Origin: Clostridia bacterium | GTDB lineage: Bacteria; Bacillota; Clostridia; Oscillospirales; CAG-382 | DNA length: 64,000 nt | Assembly (NCBI GenBank): GCA_017537345.1 | Contig: JAFYKY010000021.1 | Span: 18,554 to 82,553 of the forward strand | Direction: 5' to 3' | In this document: in pieces, positions 18,010-27,921 of the stretch | Layout of the letters: every line of letters begins with the position of its first letter | Numbering within the stretch: position 1 is the stretch's first letter | Translations under genes and position numbers: made by a program | The notes under the pieces: generated by a model | Database searches by the model: none | Seen by the model: the letters and a program-made list of their open reading frames with translations, nothing else | Told to the model about the DNA's origin: nothing

Positions 18010-19794
18010 TTATATTTCCTCCTTGCGGTTTGCTTTAATTCCTTTAATGTATTCGTCCAGTGCCGAAACGGGGTCGGCTTCTATTTTTTTATCGTATTCC
18101 CGCTTTTTGCTTTCAGTTTTCAAAACTTCTATCAAAGCGTCCAGCGTGGACTGACCATTATCTGTAAACTGTGCTCGTTGGGCTATCATACGGGATACTG
18201 CGCCCAACTGCTGGGGGTCAAGTGTTCCGTTCTTGGAAAGCACCGCTTCCTTGCCTTCGTTAAACTCGGGCAAAAACAGTTCGAATATCTTTTTGCCGAA
18301 AGCGGTAACGAAATCCTCTGCTTTTAGCTTTTGAACGGCTTTTTGGGTTAGGTCGGGACGGGAAAGCAATATTCCCAGTATCTTTTCCTCTGTTGCCGCG
18401 GCGGCGGAAAACCGTATTTTATCGGTATTCACCCTGTCGCCATAGCCCATGGAGTTTCGTATTTCCTGCTCCTGAGTTTCTTTTTTTGCCTTTCTTTCGC
18501 TTGCTTTCGCTTTTCTGTTTGCGTCCTCCAAAAGGGATTTTTTTGAAATATCCATTTTTTCGGAAGCCCGTCCTGCGTAAACGTCCCGCTGGACCTCGGG
18601 CCAAAGGGTGGAAAGGAAGGTTGTCATTTCGTCTGCGGCGTGTAATTTTTGGTCGGGCAGGGTTATATCGTAACGGGAAAGGATCTCGTCTATCTTATAA
18701 TCCACCTGACCGCTGGAGCCTTTCAGCTTTTGTCTGAATGCTTCTGCGCCGTGGGCTTTAATATATTCATCGGGGTCTTTTTCGTTTGCACCCAGATCAA
18801 TTATTTTTGTGGAAACTCCCACTTGGTTAAGCAGGTCAATACCCTTCATAGTGGCTCTTCTGCCTGCTTTATCAATATCGTATGCCAGATATACCGTTTT
18901 TGCGTAACGGGCAATTATTCTTGCGTGTTCAGCAGTTATTGCGGTGCCTAAAGTGGCAATTGCGTTGCCGAATCCCGCTTGGTGCATAGCAATGGCGTCC
19001 GGCGAGCCTTCGCAAAGAATAAGCGTGCCGTCATCGGTATTTTTGGCGATATTTAACCCGAACAGCACCCTGCTTTTTTTGAATATTGGCGTATCCGAGG
19101 TGTTAACGTATTTTCGCTCGTCCTCTTCGTTGAGCCGCCTTCCCGAAAATGCCACCACTTCTCCCGTTACGTCAAAGATGGGGAACATTATACGGTTACG
19201 GAAAATATCAAAGGGGTTGCCTTTTTTGCTTATTCCGCAAAGGAAAGCGGTTTTAATCTCTTCCACCGTGTAGCCTTCGCTTAACAGCTTTTTGGTAAGG
19301 GAGTCCCAGCTGTCGGGCGCATAGCCTATACCGAATCTGCGCAGGGTGGTGGGAGAAAATTTGCGTTTTTCAAGCAGATACTGTCTTGCTTTTTCCCCTT
19401 GGGGAGAATTGAGCGCCGCCACAAAAAATCTTGCTGCGGTTTTGGTCACCCCGTAAATTCTGTCACGGTTTACGGTTTGCCTTTCTGCCCTGCCGTTTTC
19501 CTCTTCCTCTATGGGGATTCCGGAAAGCTTTGCAAGATATTCCACGGCGTCTCTGTAATCCAGATTTTCCGCCCGCATTATGAAGCTTATAACGTCTCCT
19601 CCCGCGCCGCAGCCAAAGCAATAAAAGCTTCTTGTTGCGGGGAACACGGTAAATGAGGGGGATTTTTCGTTGTGGAACGGGCACAGACCGACCACGTTGC
19701 TTCCCGCCCGTTTAAGGGTAAGATATCTGCTTATTATCTCTTCGATTCCGTTGCGGTTTTTAACTTCTTCTATAAACGCTTGGGAAAAAGCCAC
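18010..19794 (-). CDS. dnaG: DNA primase
   Basis: CPFH...CFGC zinc finger, KYVNTS and TOPRIM motifs (EG..D, YDIDKAG). Confidence 0.97.
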   Translation of the reverse strand: MAFSQAFIEEVKNRNGIEEIISRYLTLKRAGSNVVGLCPFHNEKSPSFTVFPATRSFYCFGCGAGGDVISFIMRAENLDYRDAVEYLAKLSGIPIEEEENGRAERQTVNRDRIYGVTKTAARFFVAALNSPQGEKARQYLLEKRKFSPTTLRRFGIGYAPDSWDSLTKKLLSEGYTVEEIKTAFLCGISKKGNPFDIFRNRIMFPIFDVTGEVVAFSGRRLNEEDERKYVNTSDTPIFKKSRVLFGLNIAKNTDDGTLILCEGSPDAIAMHQAGFGNAIATLGTAITAEHARIIARYAKTVYLAYDIDKAGRRATMKGIDLLNQVGVSTKIIDLGANEKDPDEYIKAHGAEAFRQKLKGSSGQVDYKIDEILSRYDITLPDQKLHAADEMTTFLSTLWPEVQRDVYAGRASEKMDISKKSLLEDANRKAKASERKAKKETQEQEIRNSMGYGDRVNTDKIRFSAAAATEEKILGILLSRPDLTQKAVQKLKAEDFVTAFGKKIFELFLPEFNEGKEAVLSKNGTLDPQQLGAVSRMIAQRAQFTDNGQSTLDALIEVLKTESKKREYDKKIEADPVSALDEYIKGIKANRKEEI

Positions 19795-19828
19795 GGTCCG
19801 TACCTCCTTTTTGTTTGTTTTGGGTATA

Positions 19829-20812
19829 TTATTTATATTGCCATACTTTAGGTATGAAAAGCTCTTCGTATTTTGTAAGGGCGTATCTGTCCGTCATGCA
19901 GGCGATATAATCGCATACAACGCGGTCGATACCGTCTTCATCTATAAACTTGGAATATTCTGCGGGGAGTTTGTCCACGTTCTTTTTGTAGTAATCGTAA
20001 AGATGCTGTATCATCTCAACGACCTTGCCGTCTTCGCTTTTTGCCTTGCTGTTGCGGTAAACACGGCTGAACATAAACTCTCTCAATTCCATTGTAGCCT
20101 CTCCGCAAGGCTCGGTAAAACCTATATCGTTTTCTATTCCGTGAGCGACCACTGAGCGTATCATCGTGTCTATTCTCTTGCTGTGGGTCTCTCCCAGAAC
20201 GTCGGTAAGATGCTTGGGGATATCCTCTTTGTTAAGTATTCCCGCGCGGATCGCATCGTCAATATCGTGGTTGATATATGCGATTCGGTCGGCATATTTT
20301 ATTATCTGTCCTTCCAATGTCTTCGCTTTAAGCTTGCCCGTGTGGTTGACGATTGCATCTCTTACCTCCATGGTAAGATTAAGATTTTCCAGCTTGTCTG
20401 CAACACGCAAAGACTGCTCGTTGTGCTTAAATCCGTGGGGGCAAATTTCGTCAAGGGCTCTTTCTCCCGAATGACCGAAGGGGGTGTGTCCCAGATCGTG
20501 GCCCAAAGCCGCCGCTTCCGTAAGGTCTTCGTTAAGATACAGATATCTTGCAATGGCGCGGGCTATCTGTGCGACCTCAAGAGTGTGGGTAAGACGGGTG
20601 CGGTAATGGTCACCTTCGGGTGCAAGAAACACCTGCATTTTGTGCATAAGCCTGCGGAAGGATTTACAGTGTATTATTCTGTCCCTGTCCCGCATAAAGG
20701 CGGTACGCATATCGTCATCTCTGCAGGGGTAAAGTCTTCCCGCCGTGTTTTCGGAAAAGAAGGCTTTTTCGCACAGCATCTTTTTTTCAAGCTCAAAAAC
20801 ATCTTTTTTCAC
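19829..20812 (-). CDS. dgt: dGTP triphosphohydrolase-like HD protein
   Basis: RDRDRIIH, RTRLTHTLEV, HDLGHTPFGHSGE and DYIACMTD motifs; upstream of dnaG, as is usual in Clostridia. Confidence 0.92.
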   Translation of the reverse strand: MKKDVFELEKKMLCEKAFFSENTAGRLYPCRDDDMRTAFMRDRDRIIHCKSFRRLMHKMQVFLAPEGDHYRTRLTHTLEVAQIARAIARYLYLNEDLTEAAALGHDLGHTPFGHSGERALDEICPHGFKHNEQSLRVADKLENLNLTMEVRDAIVNHTGKLKAKTLEGQIIKYADRIAYINHDIDDAIRAGILNKEDIPKHLTDVLGETHSKRIDTMIRSVVAHGIENDIGFTEPCGEATMELREFMFSRVYRNSKAKSEDGKVVEMIQHLYDYYKKNVDKLPAEYSKFIDEDGIDRVVCDYIACMTDRYALTKYEELFIPKVWQYK

Positions 20813-20993
20813 ACTTTACACTCCTTTTGGCAAAATGGGGTGTGTTTCGTCATAAAAAATCAGACACGTACAATTATACGCAGTTAAAAACAAAAATCCT
20901 TTATTTTTATTAAATTTTTTTAAAATAAATATATTTTTTGTAAATAAGTATATTTCATCAAGGTAAAAGACGTGTTTTTTATATTAAATTTTG

Positions 20994-21022
20994 TTGCAAA
21001 ATACGGTTATATATGGTATAAT
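20994..21022 (+). promoter_or_regulatory. Sigma-A promoter of the DUF5685...rsgA operon
   Basis: TTGCAA-17-TATAAT with an extended -10 (TG). Confidence 0.75.
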
Positions 21023-21049
21023 ATACTGATTAAGAATGGAGTGGTATGC

Positions 21050-21901
21050 TTGTTTGGTTACATACGCCCCGATATGGGCGAGCTTAAAACAAAACACGTA
21101 GGTCTATACCGTTCCGTTTATTGCGGTATCTGCCGTTGCAGCGGCAAGCATATATCTGTTTTTTCAAGATTTTTGCTTAATTACGATTTCGTTTTTTTAG
21201 CCGTGGTAAGACTTGCTCTTACCGGGGAAAAATACGTTATAAAGCCTCGACGCTGTATGGCGAATTTTAAAAAACGGGGCGTAATGGAGCCTAACGAAGC
21301 ACTTAAATTCACCTCTGCCGCTTTCGGCTCTCTAGCATATTTTAAAGCGCTGGATGATATTTACGATGAAAAAGGCTTTAAAAGATTTTATACCCGTGCT
21401 TTTCTTCCCTTTTTTCGCAGAATGGCAAAAAAAGCGGAAAAAATGTACCCCGGCATAGGCGATACGGTAAAGGAGCCTCTTGAAAGGCTTTCCAAGCTGG
21501 AAAAAGAAAAGTGCGCCGTGCCCGATGAAGCGGCGGATTGCTTTGCCGTGCTCACCGCGAATATTGCATCCTTCGGTATGGAAGGAGCCACCGCACGGGT
21601 GGCAAAGGATATTGGCTACCATATCGGCAGATTCGTTTATCTTGCAGACGCTTTGGACGATAGATATAAAGACCAAAAAACACAAAGCTATAACCCTTTG
21701 AACCTCTCCTTCGGCGGGACGGAGGGTGTGGACCAAAATATATCCTTTTTGCGCCGTACTTTGCTTGACAGCGGTGCCGCTATTTCCAGAAGCTACGCTC
21801 TTGCCGACGGAAATTCTTTCGATGGCATAATATACAATATTGCCGGCTACGGAATTGAAGCAGCGGCAGAAAAGGTTATTAACAAGGAGAACAGTAAATG
21901 A
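21050..21901 (+). CDS. DUF5685 family protein
   Basis: (M)FGYIRP start at TTG 21050 after GGAG; [22 protein letters not shown] and YNP motifs. Confidence 0.78.
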   Translation: MFGYIRPDMGELKTKHVGLYRSVYCGICRCSGKHISVFSRFLLNYDFVFLAVVRLALTGEKYVIKPRRCMANFKKRGVMEPNEALKFTSAAFGSLAYFKALDDIYDEKGFKRFYTRAFLPFFRRMAKKAEKMYPGIGDTVKEPLERLSKLEKEKCAVPDEAADCFAVLTANIASFGMEGATARVAKDIGYHIGRFVYLADALDDRYKDQKTQSYNPLNLSFGGTEGVDQNISFLRRTLLDSGAAISRSYALADGNSFDGIIYNIAGYGIEAAAEKVINKENSK

Positions 21902-22497
21902 GAGACCCTTATCAGGTATTGGGCGTTAATCCTAATGCGACGGATGACGAGGTAAAAAAGGCATACCGTGAGCTTGCCAAAAAATATCATCCCGATACTT
22001 ACGTCGGAAATCCTCTTGCGGATCTTGCGGCGGAAAAAATGAAAGAAATAAACGAAGCCTACGATACCATAACCAAACAGCGCGCTTCGGGAAACAGAGG
22101 GGGCGGCAGTAACGGTTATTCCGGTTCGAACACTTACACTTCCAATTCCTCGGGCGGTACTCTTTACCGTGTGCGTGAGCTTTTGTCCGCAAACCGCGTT
22201 ACGGAGGCGGAAACCATACTTTCCCGTATTCCCAATACCGAAAGAAACGCAGAATGGTATTTCCTTATGGGCCACGTTATGGCACGCAAAAACTGGCTGG
22301 GAGAAGCCCGCAAGTATTTTGAGCAAGCCTGCAGAATGGATCCGTATAACGCAGAATACAGAAATACCCTTAACAATATGGCGTCCCATTCCGCGGCAGG
22401 GGGATATAACACCTCTGCAAGCAATGACGATTGCGGCGGATGCGATCTGTGCACGGGGCTTCTGTGCGCCAACCTTCTTTGTAATTGCTGCCGATGA
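21898..22497 (+). CDS. J-domain protein with TPR-like segment and Cys-rich C-terminal tail
   Basis: DPYQVLGV...KKYHPD J-domain, Gly/Ser linker, AEWYFLMG...[13 protein letters not shown]-like segment and a [21 protein letters not shown] tail. Confidence 0.88.
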   Translation: MRDPYQVLGVNPNATDDEVKKAYRELAKKYHPDTYVGNPLADLAAEKMKEINEAYDTITKQRASGNRGGGSNGYSGSNTYTSNSSGGTLYRVRELLSANRVTEAETILSRIPNTERNAEWYFLMGHVMARKNWLGEARKYFEQACRMDPYNAEYRNTLNNMASHSAAGGYNTSASNDDCGGCDLCTGLLCANLLCNCCR

Positions 22498-23003
22498 AAA
22501 ATAAGATCTTAAAGATATCCGTACTTTCCCTGCTTTGCGCTCTTTCCGTGGTGCTTATGCTTTTGGGATGCGTAATACAATCCCTCGATCTTTCCGCGGC
22601 GGTCATTGCGGGAATTGCGGTGGTGATCGCCGTTATAGAATACGGCGTGGGATGGTCTGTAATGCTTTACGCCGCCACATCGGTGCTTGCGTTCGTTTTG
22701 CTTCCCGTAAAAACTCCCGCGCTGTTTTACCTTCTTATCGGCGGAATATACCCCATTATAAAAGCGCTTTTGGAGCGGATTAAAAACAAATGGCTCGTGT
22801 GGGCGGTAAAGATCATCGGCTTTAATCTTTTTTATACCGCTCTCATAGCAGCGGGGAATTACCTGCTTAATATCGAAGACCCAATATTTTCATTTAATAT
22901 TTTCGTTTACGTGCTGGGTAACGTGACCTTCGCGGTATACGATATAGCCTTCACACGGCTTATCACTTTGTACGTAACTCGAATTCGGAGGAAATTAAAA
23001 TGA
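22494..23003 (+). CDS. Small polytopic membrane protein of unknown function
   Basis: About 5-6 hydrophobic segments; ATGA overlaps with both neighbouring genes. Confidence 0.75.
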   Translation: MKNKILKISVLSLLCALSVVLMLLGCVIQSLDLSAAVIAGIAVVIAVIEYGVGWSVMLYAATSVLAFVLLPVKTPALFYLLIGGIYPIIKALLERIKNKWLVWAVKIIGFNLFYTALIAAGNYLLNIEDPIFSFNIFVYVLGNVTFAVYDIAFTRLITLYVTRIRRKLK

Positions 23004-23878
23004 TAAAAAGTATGTCCGGCTACGGAAGACAAAAATCCCTTGTGGGCGGAAAGAACATCACCTTTGAGATAAAATCCGTCAACAACCGCTTTGCGGATAT
23101 TTCCGTAAGAATGCCCCGTCAGTATCTGCCTTTGGAGGGCAACGTAAAGGAGCTTTGCGCAAAATACGTTACCCGCGGTAAGATAGATCTTTATCTCACC
23201 GTAGAGAATATCGATGGCGATCCCGTTTCCCTTACTCTTAACAAGGAGTTTGTGGAGGGATATCTTAAACTGCTTGAGCAGATCAAAACCGAATATTCCG
23301 TTCCGGGAGAGATTACCCTTTCCATGCTTTCCGGCAAATCGGATATTATGACAGTTACCCGTGCCGATGAGGATGCGGAGCAGATGTGGAAGGAAATAGA
23401 GCCTATCTGCCGCGGCGCCTTTGAGCAGTATAACTCTATGCGTGAATCCGAGGGCGGCAGATTAAAGGAAAAACTGATTACTTATCTTGAAACCGTAGAA
23501 AGCCTCCGCAACGAGGTAGCGGCGCTTGCACCTGTGGCGTTAAAGAAAAATCTTGAGAAAATGCGCGGCCGTATAAACGACCTTCTGGCAGGCGTTCCCG
23601 TAAACGAGGATAGATTGCTTACCGAATGTGCCGTGTTTACCGATAAGACCGACGTTACGGAAGAGCTTGTCCGCCTTCAGTCCCATTGCACCGAATTCAG
23701 ACAGACTCTGGAATCCGACGGTCCCGTAGGCAAAAAGCTTGAATATATCGTGCCCGAAATGCTCAGAGAAACCAATACTCTCGGCTCCAAGTGCAACGAT
23801 TACGAAATATCCCGCCGTGTTGTGGCGATCAAGACCGAGATCGAAAAACTGCGTGAGCAGGTAGCAAATCTTGAGTGA
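23000..23878 (+). CDS. yloC: YicC/YloC family endoribonuclease
   Basis: [40 protein letters not shown] and EKLREQVANLE motifs. Confidence 0.93.
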   Translation: MIKSMSGYGRQKSLVGGKNITFEIKSVNNRFADISVRMPRQYLPLEGNVKELCAKYVTRGKIDLYLTVENIDGDPVSLTLNKEFVEGYLKLLEQIKTEYSVPGEITLSMLSGKSDIMTVTRADEDAEQMWKEIEPICRGAFEQYNSMRESEGGRLKEKLITYLETVESLRNEVAALAPVALKKNLEKMRGRINDLLAGVPVNEDRLLTECAVFTDKTDVTEELVRLQSHCTEFRQTLESDGPVGKKLEYIVPEMLRETNTLGSKCNDYEISRRVVAIKTEIEKLREQVANLE

Positions 23879-23888
23879 GGTAAGGCAA

Positions 23889-24116
23889 ATGGAATTTGTA
23901 GATATCGGCTTCGGCAACCGTGTTAACACCCGCCGTATCGTGTCTGTTCTCAGTCCGGACAGCCTGCCTATCCGCCGTCTTGTGCAGGATTCCAAAAACG
24001 CAGGCAGAGTTATTGATTGCAGCTGCGGTAAAAAGACAAGATCTGTTATTATTACCGACAGCGAGCACGTTATCCTTTCCTCCGAGGAAGTGGACGTTAT
24101 TTCCGGGAGGCTGTAA
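23889..24116 (+). CDS. remA: RemA/DUF370 family protein
   Basis: IGFGN.V...RI, IDCSCG.KTRSVIITDS.HVILS; lies between yloC and gmk. ATG 23889 follows GAGGT. Confidence 0.85.
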   Translation: MEFVDIGFGNRVNTRRIVSVLSPDSLPIRRLVQDSKNAGRVIDCSCGKKTRSVIITDSEHVILSSEEVDVISGRL

Positions 24117-24733
24117 TGGATAAACAAAGAGGAACCCTTTTGGTGGTATCCGGCCCCGCGGGAAGCGGCAAGGGCACGGTGCTTGGGATTTTGCTTCAAA
24201 ATGCCGAAAAATACGTGTATTCCGTTTCAGCAACCACCCGTTCACCCAGACCGGGAGAGGTTGACGGCAAGCATTATTTCTTTTTAACCAAGGAAAAATT
24301 TTTGTCTTTGGTTGCATCCGACAGCTTTTTGGAGCACGCGGAATACGTGGGTAACTGTTACGGAACCCTGCGTTCCTTTGTGGAAGAAAAGCTTGATGAA
24401 GGCAAAAACGTCATTCTGGAGATAGAGGTTCAGGGGGCTTTGCAGATAAGAGAAAAAATGCCCGAAGCTATGCTTATCTTCCTGTGCCCTCCCGATTACG
24501 CTACTCTTGAAAGCAGACTGCGCGGCAGAGGCACGGAAACCGACGAGGTAATTAAAAAGCGTCTTGCCACCGCCCTTGAGGAAATACAGATAGCCGCAGG
24601 GTATGATTATCTTGTGGTAAACGAGGACGGCAGATCTGCTGATTGCGCCGCCCAAATAGACGGAATAGTTAATACCCGTCCCGAAAAGAACAAAGAAAAT
24701 ATTTTAAGTTTTATAAAAAATTTTACTGAATAA
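24116..24733 (+). CDS. gmk: Guanylate kinase
   Basis: SGPAGSGKGT, SATTRSPRPGE.DG..Y.F and LEIEVQGA motifs. Confidence 0.96.
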   Translation: MDKQRGTLLVVSGPAGSGKGTVLGILLQNAEKYVYSVSATTRSPRPGEVDGKHYFFLTKEKFLSLVASDSFLEHAEYVGNCYGTLRSFVEEKLDEGKNVILEIEVQGALQIREKMPEAMLIFLCPPDYATLESRLRGRGTETDEVIKKRLATALEEIQIAAGYDYLVVNEDGRSADCAAQIDGIVNTRPEKNKENILSFIKNFTE

Positions 24734-24743
24734 AGGTGTTAAA

Positions 24744-24992
24744 ATGATCTATCCTACAATCAAAGAAATCACAAAAGAAAAATACAACCGTTATACTCTG
24801 GTTATCGCCACCGCAAAATCCGCACGCCATATAACCGATCAGGCTGTAAAGGCGGCAGAAAAGGCGGCAGAAAGCGCAGACAGCAAGGATTCCAAGACAA
24901 ACGTTGAATTCCTCGGCGAAAAGGCTGTTACTCTGGCTGTAGATAAGCTTCTCACCGGCGAATACAAAGTAGTTTCCGCAGAAAACGAATAA
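24744..24992 (+). CDS. rpoZ: RNA polymerase omega subunit
   Basis: MIYP, NRYTLVIATAKSAR and KAVTLA motifs; follows gmk. Confidence 0.88.
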   Translation: MIYPTIKEITKEKYNRYTLVIATAKSARHITDQAVKAAEKAAESADSKDSKTNVEFLGEKAVTLAVDKLLTGEYKVVSAENE

Positions 24993-24993
24993 A

Positions 24994-27444
24994 ATGGACG
25001 GAAAGCTGTACTGTTCGGTCAGGATCACCGATATCGCATATTCCGCAGACAAAGGGTATGCCTATCTGGTTCCTCCCTCAATGCGGGATACCATGCACAA
25101 AGGGAGTATTGTCCTTGTGCCCTTCGGTCACGGCAACCGTTTGCGTAAGGGAATTGTTACGGGATTTTCCGATTATTGCGAATATCCCGGCATAAAGCCC
25201 GTGTCCGATATTTTAGAGGATTACGGTCTTGTGTCCGAAGAGGCCGTGGATATGTGTCTGTTTATGGCAGAGCGGTGCTTTTGTACCGTGGGTGCCGCAT
25301 TAAAGGCAATACTTCCTCCGGGTATGGAATCCACCGTGGAATATATGTATTCCTGCGGTGAAGCGGATGAAGATTCCCTTAACCCCAAAGCTCAGGTGCT
25401 TTTCCGCGCTCTTAAAGAAAAAAGTATGGCGGAAAGCGAAATATTATCCTCCTTCGGTGAGGAGGCAAAAAGCCTTCTTTCCGCTATGGTAAAAAGCAGA
25501 GCTTTAAAAAGAGAGCCTATAACCGTAGAAAATATAAACGAAAAAAATCTTTCTTACGTCCGTCTTATCGTGGATACGGAAACGGCGTACGAATCCGCAA
25601 AAACGGAAAAACAGGTGGCTCTTGTAGACGCTTTGTCGCTGGAGGGGGAAATATCGGTTACGGAGCTTGAAAAATATTTTTCCGTTTCCCGTTCCGTCGT
25701 AAACGCCATGTGCAAAAAGCAGGTGTGCGAGGTTTACGAGCGTAGGATCGTCCGTGATCCCGTTTTGTCCGAAAACCAAAGAGAAAAAAAGGAAACCCAT
25801 CTTACCGATGAGCAAAAAAATGCGGTGGATTCGGTAGAAGAACTGCTTTTATCCGGCGAGCCCAAAGCGGCGCTTCTTTACGGAGTTACGGGAAGCGGTA
25901 AAACGAGAGTTATTATCGAATCGGTAAAAAAGACTCTTGCTCTGGGCAAGTCCGCTATCGTGCTTATTCCCGAAATAGGTCTTACCTCCGAAGCGGTGGC
26001 AATATATTCCGCCGAATTCGGCACCGAGCTGGCGGTGGTTCATTCCATGCTCAGTATCGGTGAGCGTATAGACACCGCCAGAGCTGTTGCAAGCGGCGAA
26101 AAAAGGGTGGTTATCGGTACGCGGAGCGCAATATTTTCTCCCGTGAAGGACCTTGGGCTTATCGTTATGGATGAGGAGCAGGAGCATACCTATAAATCCG
26201 AAAACACACCCAAATTCCACGCAAGAGATATAGCCCGTTTCCGTTGCGCCTACAACAAAAGCGTAATGCTTCTTGCCAGCGCAACCCCTTCGGTGGAAAG
26301 CTTTTATAAGGCAAAACAGGGAATATATAAGCTTATAACCCTTACGCACCGCTACGGTGATGCACAGCTGCCCGATATTACTCTTGCGGATATAAAGCAA
26401 GATCCCAAGTTTAACGGCGGCAGACTTATCGGCACCAAGCTGGGCGAAAAACTAAGTACTGCGGTGCAGGACGGCAAGCAGGCAATTCTGTTTGTTGGCA
26501 GACGAGGCTACAGCTCCTTTGTAAGCTGTGCTTCCTGCGGTGAAGTGGTTTCCTGCCCCAACTGCTCGGTTTCTCTTACTTACCACGCATTCAGCGGTGA
26601 AAAACGTAAAAACGAAAAATTAAACTGCCATTATTGCGGCTACACCGTTCCCTTGCCCGAAACCTGCCCTTCCTGCGGGAAAAACAGCATTACCCGCTTC
26701 GGGTTCGGCACTCAAAAGCTGCAAGAGGAATTGGAAAAGCATTATCCCAATATCCGTGGTATACGTATGGATACGGATACCACTGCCACCCGTCATTCCC
26801 ACGAAAACCGCTTCAATGCTTTCAGAAACAAGGAAGCCGACCTTCTTTACGGCACACAGATGATCGCAAAAGGGCTTGATTTTCCGTTGGTTTCTTTGGT
26901 GGGCGTGGTTTCGGTGGACGCTATGCTGTATCAAAACGATTTCCGCGCCGCAGAGCGCACATTCTCCCTCCTTACACAGCTTGCGGGCAGAGCAGGCAGA
27001 GCAGGGGAGGATGGGGAAGCGGTATTGCAGACCGCAAACCCTCAAAGCGACATTCTGAAATTGGTGCAGACCCAGAATTACGAAAAATTCTTTGAAGGCG
27101 AAATAGCTATGCGCCGCGCCGTGGCGTTCCCTCCTTTTTGCGATATAGCCCTGTTCCGCATATCAGGTGAAAACGAGCAGGATACCCGCCGTGCCGCTAC
27201 CGCTTTTTCCGTGATTTTCGAAAAGCTTTTAACAGAAAAATATCCCGAGCTTAAAATTGTCCGCTTCGGACCCTTCAGCGAGGGAATATATAAAATAAAC
27301 AACCGTTACAGAATGCGGCTCACAGTAAAATACAAAGACTGCGCCGCCGCAAGAAGCTGTTTCCGCGATGCTTTGAACGCTTTTGCAAAAGCAGACCGCA
27401 CGGGAGCGCTTCTGGATATAGATATTAATCCCATTACAGTTTAG
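24994..27444 (+). CDS. priA: Primosomal protein N'
   Basis: GVTGSGKT, DEEQE, SATPS, four CxxC pairs and QLAGRAGR. Confidence 0.96.
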   Translation: MDGKLYCSVRITDIAYSADKGYAYLVPPSMRDTMHKGSIVLVPFGHGNRLRKGIVTGFSDYCEYPGIKPVSDILEDYGLVSEEAVDMCLFMAERCFCTVGAALKAILPPGMESTVEYMYSCGEADEDSLNPKAQVLFRALKEKSMAESEILSSFGEEAKSLLSAMVKSRALKREPITVENINEKNLSYVRLIVDTETAYESAKTEKQVALVDALSLEGEISVTELEKYFSVSRSVVNAMCKKQVCEVYERRIVRDPVLSENQREKKETHLTDEQKNAVDSVEELLLSGEPKAALLYGVTGSGKTRVIIESVKKTLALGKSAIVLIPEIGLTSEAVAIYSAEFGTELAVVHSMLSIGERIDTARAVASGEKRVVIGTRSAIFSPVKDLGLIVMDEEQEHTYKSENTPKFHARDIARFRCAYNKSVMLLASATPSVESFYKAKQGIYKLITLTHRYGDAQLPDITLADIKQDPKFNGGRLIGTKLGEKLSTAVQDGKQAILFVGRRGYSSFVSCASCGEVVSCPNCSVSLTYHAFSGEKRKNEKLNCHYCGYTVPLPETCPSCGKNSITRFGFGTQKLQEELEKHYPNIRGIRMDTDTTATRHSHENRFNAFRNKEADLLYGTQMIAKGLDFPLVSLVGVVSVDAMLYQNDFRAAERTFSLLTQLAGRAGRAGEDGEAVLQTANPQSDILKLVQTQNYEKFFEGEIAMRRAVAFPPFCDIALFRISGENEQDTRRAATAFSVIFEKLLTEKYPELKIVRFGPFSEGIYKINNRYRMRLTVKYKDCAAARSCFRDALNAFAKADRTGALLDIDINPITV

Positions 27445-27456
27445 GAGGCATACTTT

Positions 27457-27921
27457 ATGGCACTTCTTAAAATATTAAGAGATCCCGACCCTACGTTGCG
27501 CAAAACTTCCCGACCCGTAGATGCTATCACACCCCGTATCCGTGTTCTTATCGAGGATATGAAGGACACTCTCCGCAAAGCAGAGGGCGTGGGACTTGCC
27601 GCACCTCAGGTGGGCGTACTTCGCCGTGTGGTTATAGTAGATATGGGTAAGGGTAAATTGCAGGAATTTATCAATCCCGAAATTATATATACCGAAGGCA
27701 AGCAGGAAGAGGTAGAGGGCTGTCTTTCCTGCCCCGGAAAAGCAGGTATCGTTGAGCGTCCCGCAGTAGTTACTGTACGTGCTCTCAACGTGCAGGGACA
27801 GACCTTTGAAGCCACGGGAACAGAGCTTATCGCCCGTTGCTTCTGCCACGAAATAGACCATCTTGACGGAGTGCTGTATATAGACAAAGCAAAGGAAATG
27901 CTTGATCCGGAGGAAAACTGA
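27457..27921 (+). CDS. def: Peptide deformylase
   Basis: GVGLAAPQ, EGCLS and HEIDH motifs. Confidence 0.97.
   Translation: MALLKILRDPDPTLRKTSRPVDAITPRIRVLIEDMKDTLRKAEGVGLAAPQVGVLRRVVIVDMGKGKLQEFINPEIIYTEGKQEEVEGCLSCPGKAGIVERPAVVTVRALNVQGQTFEATGTELIARCFCHEIDHLDGVLYIDKAKEMLDPEEN

Noticed and set aside
16603-18327. 574-aa antisense ORF over rpoD/dnaG, and similar ones at 54153-55130, 58565-59476 and 59364-60518
   Set aside because: These are shadow ORFs opposite well-supported genes.
24744-24994. coaBC absent between rpoZ and priA; rpe and thiN absent after rsgA
   Set aside because: This is ordinary gene-order variation in Clostridia, and loss cannot be inferred from one window.
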